A program made the position numbers and the translations under genes. Positions 1-10,181 of a stretch of 64,000 nt of DNA are shown piece by piece. Position 1 is the first letter of the stretch; each line of letters begins with the position of its first letter. This stretch comes from Truepera sp. Its GTDB lineage: Bacteria > Deinococcota > Deinococci > Deinococcales > Trueperaceae. The notes under the pieces are model-generated. The model was not told the origin of the DNA. It was given only the letters and a program-made list of their open reading frames with translations, and searched no databases. Location of the stretch: NCBI GenBank assembly GCA_965218435.1, contig CBDCKW010000005.1, positions 192,001 through 256,000 of the forward strand, given 5' to 3'.

Positions 1-735
1 CAGCACCTCCTCTAAGAGTTTGTGGTAGTCCTCAGCGCCGCGTGAGGCGGAATCGTACTCGAAAATGCTGGTACGGCCACTGGCAGCCTCATCGAGGCGT
101 ACTGTCTTATGAATCACCGTCTCAAAAACAGCGGTTCCGTAAGTTTCTCGTAAAACGCTTATCACATCGTTGGAAATCGTCAACCGACTATCGAAAATCG
201 TTACGACGATGCCAAGCAGTTCGAGGTTGATATTGATGATCCGACGGATTTGATTGAACGTTTCGATAAAGTCTGCGACGGCGTTCAGGCCGTAATAACT
301 CGCCGTCACCGGTACCAAAACGTGGCTGGCTGCGACGAGTGCGTTGGTAGTTAGCGCCCCCAACGAGGGGGGGCAATCGATCACGACATAATCGTAGGGG
401 AGACCTTCTAAAGCTTCACGAAGGCGATAGGAATCGACGGCACCCTGTAGCTGAGGCTCGAGCTTGGCCAACTTGATATGCGACGCTACTAAATCGAGTC
501 GTTTGCCAACCTCGTAAGCCGTCTCACGGACCGAAAGAACGCCGCTAAAGACGTCGAATACGGTGGGAGCAGTGGCTTGCTCGGATTGCGGCAAACTCTG
601 TGTAGCGTTGGCTTGAGGATCGAGATCGACCAGCAAGGTCCGAGCTTGCTGACGCGAAAGCCCTGAAGCAAGATTGATCGCGGTCGTAGTTTTTGCAACC
701 CCACCTTTTTGGTTGGCAATCGCTATAACTTTCAA
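1..735 (-). CDS. parA: ParA/Soj family partitioning ATPase (3' end beyond window; TTG start at 735, alternative TTG at 783)
   Basis: Manual translation: KVIAIANQKGGVAKTTTAINLA (deviant Walker A), LLVDLDPQANAT, DYVVIDCPPSLG, ...RGAEDYHKLLEEVL. Absent from the ORF track because there is no stop codon in the window. Confidence 0.93.
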   Translation of the reverse strand, partial: MKVIAIANQKGGVAKTTTAINLASGLSRQQARTLLVDLDPQANATQSLPQSEQATAPTVFDVFSGVLSVRETAYEVGKRLDLVASHIKLAKLEPQLQGAVDSYRLREALEGLPYDYVVIDCPPSLGALTTNALVAASHVLVPVTASYYGLNAVADFIETFNQIRRIININLELLGIVVTIFDSRLTISNDVISVLRETYGTAVFETVIHKTVRLDEAASGRTSIFEYDSASRGAEDYHKLLEEVL

Positions 736-1271
736 AGCCTGACCATTTTCGGGGTTGCCCGCATCATTTTTTGATTCTAGCAAATTTATTCCGGTCGTAT
801 CAGTATACCCGCGTCCCGGAGCGGGACGAGTACACAGATGCCACGTCCCACACAGCCGAACTAGCGAAAGAATATTTTTCTATCTGATCGGCAAGACGCT
901 CGTCTACAACTAGCGGTGAGCATTTTACACATAAAACTGCTTTTACTCAGCTCACTTCATTCATAAGGGGTGAGACAGAATGTGACACCTGTGCAGCTCT
1001 GCCGTCTAACATAGCGACCCAATGGTAATTCTATGATCTCTGCTTCCGCACCTTCCTAGCTTGCACCCAAACCGGCGTGACTTAAAGTGGCTGAACCGTC
1101 AAGACAACAGACTACAGTGAAGGGGGCGATTCGCCTATGCGAACAAGAGAGGGATTTCTCATCTTTACCATGCTTTTTTTGAGATAAGGAAAGCTGCTTG
1201 ACAATCGGCAGCAAGTAGACTTTAATTTGCTGCTAGGTATAAACCCGAAGACGTGAGAGACGTTGGCTTGC

Positions 1272-2391
1272 TAAGTACAACCAAGCTAACTCTACGCATT
1301 AATCGCATCCGAGACGGAGAGACCCGAAAAGACAGCCTCTCTGAGGCTTTTGAGAGAAGTGTATAAGCGTCTAGGCAGCAGAAACCCTTTAAGCACTCGC
1401 CAGCAAGCTTCAATGGGATTTAGCTGCGGGGAATAAGGGGGAAGATAACGAAGGAATAAACCGTGAGCTTGCCACTGAGGTTCTTTGGCTTTGATGTTAG
1501 CGGCTTTATGGAATCTCGCGTTATTACGTTGTGTTCTCGCTCCGCTCGGACCGAGTACGACGACAGTTAAACCTTTGGGGTCAGCCGCTGCCATAAGGCT
1601 GTCGAGAAACGCCTCACACTTTTTGGCGTCACAGCTACCCGCTAAATCACGGTAAACAAGCTTGTTAGCTGCAAAGTCTAATGCGCCTATGAGATTAAGC
1701 CTTCCGGCTGAACCCTGCCGTGAAGGAATCTCGAACTGAATCCCTGAACCTTTGAGCGTCCAAGTCTTGATGAGCTTAAGGACTAAACTAAACCCTACCT
1801 GGTCAAGGTAATAGAGCTTCAAGCGTCCTGCTAAAGCCCCCTTTTCAGGGTGTCCAACACTGCTTTATGATGCTTAAGCTCGTCCTCGCTGGGACGCTTG
1901 GCCGGGACAAACCGTCCCCTCTTCCAGCTGTAGCCCATTTCTCGCAACCTCAAACGAATACCTTCAGAACCAACTTTGACGCCGTAATCCTCGTTAATTA
2001 CCTCTGAAAGCTGCCGACACGCCCAGGTTCTTTCTTCTTTTAGCTTCGCTTCCATGAACGCTTTGATGGCTTCAGTAATAAGGGGGTTTTGACCTTGGTT
2101 CTCGACATGATCGGCTAAGCCTGCATAGCCCGCTGTCTCCCAGCGGGCAAACGTGGTTCTGACCGTATCGTAGCTTTTGCCTTTGCCTACATACTGGCTT
2201 ATCCCTTGCATGCTTGCGCCCTCATGTGAAAGTCTCAGCATCTGTACCCGCAGACGCACTTTCCAGTGAATATGTGTGGGTTCTGCTCCAAGGCTCTCAA
2301 CTTCTCGTTCTCTGCTTGGCTCAAAGTGATGTAGCGGTTCGCTCGATTTGCCATCCCTTATTATTGTGGAAAGTTGGCTTGGACGTACTTA
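1272..2391 (-). mobile_element. IS630-family insertion sequence, defective
   Basis: Imperfect TIRs TAAGTACaaCCAAGCtAACT / TAAGTACgtCCAAGCcAACT with TA at both ends; encloses a two-ORF HTH + DDE_3 transposase. Confidence 0.85.
1292..2354 (-). pseudogene. IS630 transposase (OrfA frameshifted near 2270; AAAAGGGGG slippery junction; 27-nt insert in the catalytic Asp codon)
   Basis: Motifs YLDQVGF, LPPYSPQLNPIE and MGYSWKR. VVVL[GPSGARTQRN]NARFH replaces VVVLDNARFH. Confidence 0.85.
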
Positions 2392-2414
2392 GTGTAACAG
2401 GCTAGTTTCGAAAA

Positions 2415-3362
2415 GTGGACACGGTATTCGTAGGTTTGACATGCAAATAGACCGCTACTGCCCGTTATAACCAAGAATTCGAGGCTCATTTTCGTGTACC
2501 TGCGCCGAGTGCGGCGGGAATGGTGTTTATTCCCTCTGGCGTTACCATGTTAGAACAACGCTATGTTTTTTGCGTGAAAAAGGGTTCTGGGTGTCGTCGA
2601 AAGCACCTAACGATTATCGGGGTCTCGAAAGTATCGAATCGTGGTTGGCGTCGTGCAACCTGTAAGCGTAGTGACACGCACGCTACCGAGCCACACGGTT
2701 ACCCCGCCGTAATCCTTTTCTAAGGCCGTACAGTGGTACAGGTATTCGCCAACTGTGGGCATATTATTCGTTGCCCCATGTCAATTACTTATTGTGTTGT
2801 GGCGTAACTACTCAGGCGGGAGACCTCGACTTCGAGATCTTTCTATAAAGATTGGGGGAAAATCGGGGTAAAAAAGATTTCGGGCAGCAACAAAATGTGA
2901 CGTTCGCCGGAAGCACACCCCGGTCAATGACTTGATGTTGATACATTGCAATTGACCTTCCAAACAGTTTATATTTGTCACCCCCAAGAATATGGCTCAC
3001 CGACGCAAGAAACGCCTGCATAGGGGGACGAATAATTCGAGTAAAGGGGGCATGATGTTCGTAAAGGCAAGACACGATATTCGCTTGAAAGGGGCACGGT
3101 GTTCGCTTAGGGGGACAGCGTGTTCGTCTTTATGGGGCAAAGTATTCGTCTGCGGTGGACAGATTGTTCGTAACCGCTTTAGCGCCGTCTCATACGCTGG
3201 TTTCAAGGCTGCAAAGGTGCGCTACGCTTCTTCTTGACGTAGTTGGGGCAAGATGTTCGCTTTGGGTGTAAGTACAGACGTTGCGGCGTAAGTGTGGACA
3301 AAATATTCGTATCATCCGGTGTAAAACACCGAGCTCGGTCCTAAGGTGGACAAGATATTCGT
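2415..3362 (+). repeat. Iteron set of the plasmid replication origin; 17-mer consensus approx. GKGGRCANNNTRTTCGY
   Basis: Copies start at 2415, 2733, 2755, 3024, 3046, 3068, 3090, 3111, 3133, 3155, 3244, 3294 and 3346. The core block 3024-3171 has 21-22-bp periodicity and lies directly upstream of rep. Confidence 0.88.
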
Positions 3363-3389
3363 TTTGTCCGGCATAACGGCGCGGCAAAT

Positions 3390-3431
3390 GTGGAATTGGT
3401 CTTGACAATAATTCCACTCTAGCTTTAGGCT
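3390..3431 (+). promoter_or_regulatory. rep promoter overlapped by an inverted-repeat operator
   Basis: GTGGAATT(3390-3397)...AATTCCAC(3410-3417) encloses TTGACA (3402-3407). Candidate -10 TAGGCT lies about 18 nt downstream; RBS GAGGAG precedes the GTG start. Confidence 0.6.
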
Positions 3432-3463
3432 AATACAACGCACTAGGCTAAAGAGGAGCACTC

Positions 3464-4876
3464 GTGTCTCAAAGCGGCGAAAAGCTCGATCTCGAATTCA
3501 GTAAAGCGCGTGTCCGGCAAGCAAACATGCTGGCAAAAAGCGGTCAGGCCTTAGAGCTCAATGAGAAAAGGTTGATCTTTCTTACGATGGCGCGGATTAA
3601 AAGCGGCGATAAAGAACTCCTTACTCATAAGATCGGTATGAAAGAGCTTACCGAGCACTTTGGCGAGAATCCCTACGCTCGTGCTGAACGTGCTGCGCGG
3701 GGTCTACTGCGCCGTCAGGTCTTTATACCAACCGACGATGGGGGCTTTAAGGAGTTTCAGTGGACGACGCTCGCTCAGTACGTGCCAGCGGAATCGAGTG
3801 AGACGGGCGAATCTTACGTCAAGATCCGGCTCAACGAAGAACTTGCCCCACTTTTGCTCGAACTACGTGAACGCTACAACACGATCCCGCTTCTCGACGT
3901 GCTGCCGATGGAATCGTTTAACGGTCAGCGGCTCTACGAGATCTTGTGGCACGATTCGCACGGTGGCGAAAAGAAAGTCTTAACTTATAACATCACCGAT
4001 CTCAAATTCAGTATGGGGATGCGGGTGCTCGAAACCAAAGGGTCGAAAAAAGTCTGGACCGAAAAATACAAGGCTTGGCGCGACTTTCGTAAGATGCTTG
4101 AACGTGCCTGTCAAGAGTTTGAATCGCATGGCCGCCTACGCTTTTCGTTCGATCCACTGAGACAAGGCCGCGCGATCCAGCAAGTTCGCTTCCACCTTTC
4201 GCTAGTTAGAGAAGAAACGCTGCCCATCCCAGAACCTCGGCAGCTCACCTTGTCGGCTGAGGAGCAGAGCGTAGCTGACGAACTTCGCAGCACAGGCTAT
4301 ACGCTAGATGCCGACGCCTTTGTCTTGACCCACAGCCACGAAGTCGTCGCCCGGGCAATCAAGCTCGGCCGAGCCGCTGCCAGCCGCGGGAACGGCGTCA
4401 ATAAGCCGATCAGCAATCTGCCCGGTTTTATCAAGCATCTGGTAGATTCCGGGTCGGCGCTACGCTCGCTTAAACAAGACGCCTTAGGTAAACGAAAACG
4501 AGAGAAGCGAGCCGACGCGGACGAATTGGTCGAAATCATCCGGCACGCTTTCGACGCTTACCGTAACGAAGCGGCCGAGGGCATTCTCCAGACGCTCGAC
4601 GAAGATACGCTTTGTGCGCTTCCCGAGATGTTACGCGTCGAGCTCGAGACCCGCCACCGTCCCTACGTTCTCGACGTGCTAGAGAAAGCGGGCTGGCAGG
4701 GAGCCCAATATGAAATCGCCCGCAACAGCTATCTACTCGAGCTTTATAGCGATGAGCTGCCAGAAGCGGTTCACGACGTTGCGAGGTTTGTCGAAGAGAC
4801 ACAGATGCTTGCCAGTCAACCCAAAGAGGTTGCAGAACACGTCTTCAGCACCTTGAAAAACGACTTCGGTAGCTAA
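3464..4876 (+). CDS. Plasmid replication initiator, Rep_3/RepB family, with long C-terminal extension
   Basis: VRQANMLAKS...LELNEKRLI, IRLNEELAPLLLELRERY, RLYEIL, WRDFRK, GRAIQQVRF motifs; adjacent iterons and parA. Confidence 0.88.
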   Translation: MSQSGEKLDLEFSKARVRQANMLAKSGQALELNEKRLIFLTMARIKSGDKELLTHKIGMKELTEHFGENPYARAERAARGLLRRQVFIPTDDGGFKEFQWTTLAQYVPAESSETGESYVKIRLNEELAPLLLELRERYNTIPLLDVLPMESFNGQRLYEILWHDSHGGEKKVLTYNITDLKFSMGMRVLETKGSKKVWTEKYKAWRDFRKMLERACQEFESHGRLRFSFDPLRQGRAIQQVRFHLSLVREETLPIPEPRQLTLSAEEQSVADELRSTGYTLDADAFVLTHSHEVVARAIKLGRAAASRGNGVNKPISNLPGFIKHLVDSGSALRSLKQDALGKRKREKRADADELVEIIRHAFDAYRNEAAEGILQTLDEDTLCALPEMLRVELETRHRPYVLDVLEKAGWQGAQYEIARNSYLLELYSDELPEAVHDVARFVEETQMLASQPKEVAEHVFSTLKNDFGS

Positions 4877-5004
4877 TGAGTGTTCCCAGTCACGGGTGCG
4901 TTGAGCTTCGACGTCTTACCGAATAGGGGAGACCAAGGACCTGGTAGATACGGTCGTCAAATGGTCCTTGAGCGAGCGTTCGTCAGACGAGCCTAAGGTT
5001 ATCG

Positions 5005-6449
5005 TGGAGTTGGTCAGGTCAAACGGACAAAAAAGTCTACCTCAAGCAGCGAGGTTGACCAAGTGCTGAGATTCAAAATCATTGGGGCAGACATAGCCGA
5101 GGCTGCTATGAAGTCGCCAGCTGTTGTAGTACATCAAGATGAAGTCCTTGATGGCCGAGGCAGCCTGATCTCGGGTTTGAAATGACGTTTGATATACCAA
5201 ACCCTAATTGCTAGTCAGCCTCAGTCAAGCTTGGCAAGCACAATAGCGAGCAAGGAAGCGTGAACCTTAATGAAGAAACCTTCGTTGGTACGAACCTTAA
5301 GCGTTTGTGTGCCCATACTTTCGAGTTGGCTGTTGAGGGTTTCAATGCTTTTACGGTAACGCTGGAGTGAGAAGAATTCAGATAGTGTGTTTTGTTCCAT
5401 ATTTTTACGGCGAGCGGGTATGAGCTTTACCGCTGTTTCTGTCAACAGCGTGGTTTCGTCATCTCTACTGTTATAGGCTTTGTCAGCGTAGACACTTGCG
5501 CCTTGAGGTAAGCCGTAGCAGAGTTCATGCACAGGGGTAAGGTCGTATAGCAGGCCCAAGAGGGCCGGGGCACTGCCCCCTATGCTGATGACTGGCCTCT
5601 AGTAAAGCAAAACTCACCGGGACACCCGCAGGTGTACAAACTAGATGTAAGCGCCAACCGAAGAATTTTTCTTTTTTAGCAGCGCAGTAGCTGCAGAACG
5701 CCTTACCTTTTACCTTCTTACAGCGTCTTGCACGAACCCGTCGGCACACGGGTACAGGCAAACTGTCAATGATAAACACCTCCCCTCGGTTAAAGAGTTT
5801 GCTAAGCAACCCAAGTAGCCCTTCAAGCCAAGCTGCTAAGGCGTGAAGTCGGCGGTTATACCGTGACACACTTAAGCGGGGAACGTGACCTGAGCCAATC
5901 ATGACTGACAAGGCACGTTCCTGATGATTCTGAAAGTATTTCGCTGCTACCACTGCAATGGTTAAAACTTCCGGGTCGCTAACCGTGGCTAGCGGGTGAC
6001 TTTCATGCCCCAGACTTTGCAAGGTGTCGGCAATGATGCTGTAAGCGGCTATGATAAAGCTGTCGTCCATGTCGGCTGCTCCTTTACTGATGTCCTCAAA
6101 CACCAGCTTAGAAGTCAACCGCTTGGGCGGCAACTAGCAATTAGGGTACCAACTCTTTTTTGAGGGTAGCGGAGAAGCTTTCGGTGTAGGCGTTGTCGAG
6201 GCATGCGCCAGTCCCGGTAAAACTGGCTCTCATGCCTGCTGTAGCTAGCGCTCGGGCATAGGCGTAAGAGGTATATTGACTGCCCCTTATCACTGTAGTG
6301 GATGAGACCCTTAGCCGGGTGCCGCCCTGGTTTGGCCATCGCGAGCGCCTGAAGCACCAATTCGGTTTTCATGTGTGCTGCCAGGGCGTAGCCGATGATG
6401 CGTTTGGAACAAGCGTCCATTACGGCGGCTAGGTAAAGCCAACCCTCTT
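5005..6449 (-). mobile_element. IS3-family remnant (integrase C-terminal half), interrupted by IS982 and truncated by an IS5-family element
   Basis: EGWLYLAAVMDACSKRIIGY...HYSDKG (6148-6449) and YYNSWRLHSSLGYVCP (about 5050-5200); terminal TG at 5005. Confidence 0.8.
5201..6147 (-). mobile_element. IS982-family element; transposase 5221-6070 frameshifted by a 40-nt hairpin insert
   Basis: Perfect TIR ACCCTAATTGCTAGT; flanking direct repeat ACCAA; motifs IIDSLPVPVC, FFGWRLHLV, YADKAY, RKSIETLNSQL. Confidence 0.88.
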
Positions 6450-7518
6450 TAAATCATCTGCGAAATAACTTTCTAAGCAACCCACGTTGTTGAAGCTTGA
6501 CTTTTGCTCAGTCCCGTTTCTTACCAAGCCAAGCGGTTGAGCTTTCTAAAGTTGTGGAGTCCGGCGATGGTTAAGAAGGTGTCGTCGTAAACCTCGTGGT
6601 CGCCTCTATAAACACCCTCTAAGAGCTTGAACCGTTGCAGATGGGCAAAGGCATGTTCAACTGGGATACGAGAAGTGCTGATCACTTGGTTGAGGTATTT
6701 TTGAATAAGGTCTAAAGGTTTGTTGCGTCTTGCTTTACGGGGTTGATGAAAAACGCGCCGGGGATGTTCTCGGTCAATACTGTCATAGCCTTTGTCTAGT
6801 CCTACACAGAGATTGCCGGGTAAATCATGTAAAACTCGCGAGGCCCTAAGTAGATGTAGGTCACTGACTTTGCCGGGAACAAAGCGCGACAGCTGCAGGA
6901 TAAGACCTGTGGTGCTGGTGGTGGCTTGAGTTTTCAGACTATGACATTTCTTTTTGCCCGAATAGTTGTCTCGGCGTTTTTGCTTATCTTTAGGCTTTTG
7001 AACTTCTTGTTCAGTCGCGTCGATGAGAACGTCTTGTATCTCAGGGTGCTTCCTCAAAAGTTCTTCCAAGCTGCCGATACGTTTGCCGGTCTTTCCGACT
7101 TTACCAAACAGCTGGGCTTCTCGTACCGGCACAGGCAATACCGCTGCCAAACAAGGCTGCAAGCGCCTGATCAGCCGACTGACATTGCTATCATCCAAAT
7201 CAACCAGGTAGCCCAGCAGCAGTTGCGTGATATATAGGCGGTAGTAAACCAGCAAAACCAGCACCTGATCCTCTACGGCTAACTTGGCCTAGCGTCCCCC
7301 GCCTGGAGCCCGTTGGCGCTGTTTCATTGGCCGGGTGTAAGCGTCGGCTCCCTGCTCGCTTTGGGCTGCCGCTACTGCTATAACCAGCGTGTCAAACTGC
7401 GCTACGCTTAAACCGGTGAAGTTGTGGAAGTGTCCGGGTCGTTTTCGCAGTCGTTCAGCTCTTAGCATAGGCTTTACTTTACCTGTCTTCCTTCAAAGCT
7501 TATTTCGCAGATGATCTA
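6450..7518 (-). mobile_element. IS5-family (ISL2-like, HTH_Tnp_4 + DDE_Tnp_4) element; transposase 6521-7468 with in-frame TAG near 7290
   Basis: TIR ATCATCTGCGAAATAA at both ends, flanked by TA; motifs FHNFTGLS, LIDATEQ, YSGKKKCHSLKTQ, LDKGY, RIPVEHAF. Confidence 0.85.
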
Positions 7519-7753
7519 TTAAATGTCTGGTTTAATAAAGCTGCTACTCACTGCGTCGCTAGCAAGCGTTTCAACCGAAGGAGGCTGCAAAGTCAAGCTG
7601 GGTTAGGGTCGGGAATGTCGGCTTGCCCCCGTTGCCCAAGCAGCACAACATATGAATAGCATTCCTGTCCTGTTAAAAATAGTCTTGACTGCATCCTGTT
7701 ATTATGAAAACAGAAGTTCTGAATCAACGCGAGCACATACTCATTTTTAGGAG

Positions 7754-8870
7754 ATGGTAGCAATAACCCAAGCAGCGCAAGACAACACCGTTTTGTTCCA
7801 GCTCACCGGGGTCGGAGTGGTCGAGACCAATATGGCAAGCGGGCGGCTGGTGCGGGCGAACCGGACGTTTTGCGAGCTGGTCGGCTACAGCGAGACCGAG
7901 TTAAAAAAGATGAGCTACCTCGAGCTGACGCACCCCGACGACTGAGCGCGAGACGCTGAGCGTTTTGCGGCGCTGGGTCGGGCGAAAACCGGAGCGGAGA
8001 GTCGCTGACCCGCATATGCCGTAAGGACGGCGCAACCGTGTGGCTCGAGCTGCACGTCACGGTGCTGGGCGAGGAGCCGGGGGTGCGCAATCTAACGGTG
8101 GCCAGCGACGTGACCAAGCGCAAGCGGGCAGAAGACGTAATCAGGGACTGAACGAGACCCTCGAAGCGCGGGTCAAAGCCCGTACTGACGAGCTGGCGCG
8201 GAGCAACATCCGCTTTTCCCAGGCGTTCCACGCCAACCCCATCCCCGCTTGCATGACGACGTTGGGCGAGGAGACCTTCGTCGAGGTCAACGACGCTTTC
8301 TGCGCCCTGACCGGCTATACAAAAGGCAAGGCGGTAGGCAGAACTAGCCGCGAGCTGAGGATGTGGTCGTCACCCGAGGACCGGAAGAAGCTCGGCGCGG
8401 TGCAACAGGGCGGCTTAGGCTTTCGCAATCTCGAGCTAGGGCTGAGGGTCAAGGACGGCGGCGACCGCACCGTGCTGATGTCCGCCGAGGTCATCCGGCT
8501 CGGTGGCCATAAAGGGTTTCTTAGAATGTTCTTCGACGTGACCGAGCAGCGGCGCACCCAGGAGCAGACACACCAAGCGATCCAGGAGGTGCTGAGCGAC
8601 ACGAACTGGTTCAGCCAGCGGGTGATGGAGCGGCTGGCCCACATTAGAACAGGAAGCGCCACGGCGTTCGAGGCCACCGAGCTGTCTAAACGCGAGCGGG
8701 CGGTGCTGGAGCTGCTCGCCGGAGGTTTGAACAACGCCGCCATCGCTGCCGAGCTGGGTCTCGCCGCACAAACAGTCCGTAACTACGTCGCGACGATCTA
8801 TGACAAGCTTGAGGTGCACTCGCGTACCGAGGCGGTCGTCTGGGCTCGGGAGCGGGGCATCGTCAGCTAA
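7754..8870 (+). pseudogene. PAS-PAS-LuxR HTH transcriptional regulator, disrupted
   Basis: PAS motif ANRTFCELVGYSETEL...THPDD followed by TGA at 7943-7945 and frameshifts. Second PAS (EVNDAFCALTGY) and LuxR HTH (LSKRERAVLELLAGGLNNAAIAAELGLAAQTVRNYV). Confidence 0.85.
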
Positions 8871-9085
8871 GGGCTCTGCCACCCAGCCGCCAACACCACT
8901 GCGAGGTCGTGAGGGGTCAGCGTGGCGTAAAAGTCGTTGCGTGGGCAGTCTAGTAGCAAGAGCAGTTCCCCCTTGTCTATAGCCTCAGCTTTGATTTCAA
9001 CCAGCCGGACCTCGAACACGCTGCCGCACTCGGGGCAATGCGGCGGCCACAATACGTTTTTGTCGGGTTTGTTTGTCCGTTCCAT
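8867..9085 (-). CDS. Small hypothetical protein with CPECG motif (possible zinc ribbon)
   Basis: ORF with AAGG RBS, CxxC motif plus a later Cys. Confidence 0.45.
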   Translation of the reverse strand: MERTNKPDKNVLWPPHCPECGSVFEVRLVEIKAEAIDKGELLLLLDCPRNDFYATLTPHDLAVVLAAGWQSP

Positions 9086-9325
9086 GATCCTTACCCTTTG
9101 GTCATTCAGCTTAGGCGTATGAATCAGCGGTAAATGCAAGCACACCGCGAAATCGGCAACGGTAGGTCAAAGGACAGTTCTACGGAGCAACCCGTTAAGG
9201 CAAAGGCTTAGTGAGGTTTCCGTCGTCTGACAACTTTAGTTCTTATTGGCTCCCCTTAAGGACAAAGCAAAACCCCAGCTTAAGGCTGGGATCAACGGTT
9301 TTATTTAAGTGAACTCTTTACGCCA

Positions 9326-9496
9326 TCAGATCAGGCCTATAGCTGCCTCTTGCACGGCGTCGTCTATGTCCTCTTCCTTAATGGGATGGTCATCAGCTAC
9401 GAACTCCGTATCGTCTTGGCGCACCTCCTCGCTCACCCACCAAGGCGACGTATAGCGAAAAGACGAGTTACCGTCCTTAAGCAACGTTCCCCACAT
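9326..9496 (-). CDS. Possible 56-aa acidic small protein (MWGTLLKDGNSS...DIDDAVQEAAIGLI)
   Basis: Manual translation; GGGAGA RBS upstream; hairpin CCCAGCTTAAGGCTGGG downstream near 9275-9290. Confidence 0.3.
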   Translation of the reverse strand: MWGTLLKDGNSSFRYTSPWWVSEEVRQDDTEFVADDHPIKEEDIDDAVQEAAIGLI

Positions 9497-10083
9497 GAAT
9501 TATGTCTCCCATGTTAACTTTAGCGGCAAGGCACAGCCGAAAATATGGCTAAAAGCAACAAAATGGTCCACTTTATTGCCAAGCGACTACTTTTATACTT
9601 TTCAAGAAGGTACTGGGTTCCCCACTGAGCAAGTCGCTTAGCACTTCAGAAAACATCTTTGTTCGTAGTTAGACGTTTGTCACCTTGAGAAGGCTTGTTT
9701 TCAAACCCAGACTACTTTCTGAAGCGCCCTTAAACGCTTTCTGTCTGCTTTAACCCGTCTCTTGAATGGCATTCTGTTATCTGCACGGGGCAGCCCGACA
9801 CGCCCGAGACCTCTCTGGATACGGTCACAGAAAAGCTCCTATCTCACCTCAGTGTTCCACTATGGGGCGCTTTTCCCCTTTTGCATAAACAGAAAACGGT
9901 GGCCGCCAGATGCTCGACCAAAATGGAGCATAACTTTAATTGCACCCATTACTACGGTTTATAGCCTATGATACCACCTACGTTACGGATAGCTTCAGCC
10001 CATCATAAATGCTGGCGAAGTACAAGGAGGTAAGACCATGCTTAAAGACCATCCTGTTGAAGTTATTCTGTTGGCGACCGACC

Positions 10084-10124
10084 TAGAGCTTGTTATGAAC
10101 CTTCAAGGTTCATAACAAGCTCTA
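10084..10124. repeat. Perfect 20-bp inverted repeat made of two fused MITE-type TIRs; may also act as terminator for the SDR gene
   Basis: TAGAGCTTGTTATGAACCTT-C-AAGGTTCATAACAAGCTCTA. Confidence 0.75.
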
Positions 10125-10181
10125 AACAAGGTAAAACGAACAAAGGTTTGTCTTTTGAAGACGTCTCGCCTTTCGCGGCGT

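Noticed and set aside
3024..3171. Periodic repeats as a possible CRISPR array
   Set aside because: The period is only 21-22 bp, the repeats are degenerate, there are no spacer-sized unique segments or cas genes, and the position next to rep fits iterons.
2520..3417. Several 67-87-aa ORFs upstream of rep
   Set aside because: They overlap the iteron region and have no recognisable motifs; likely spurious.
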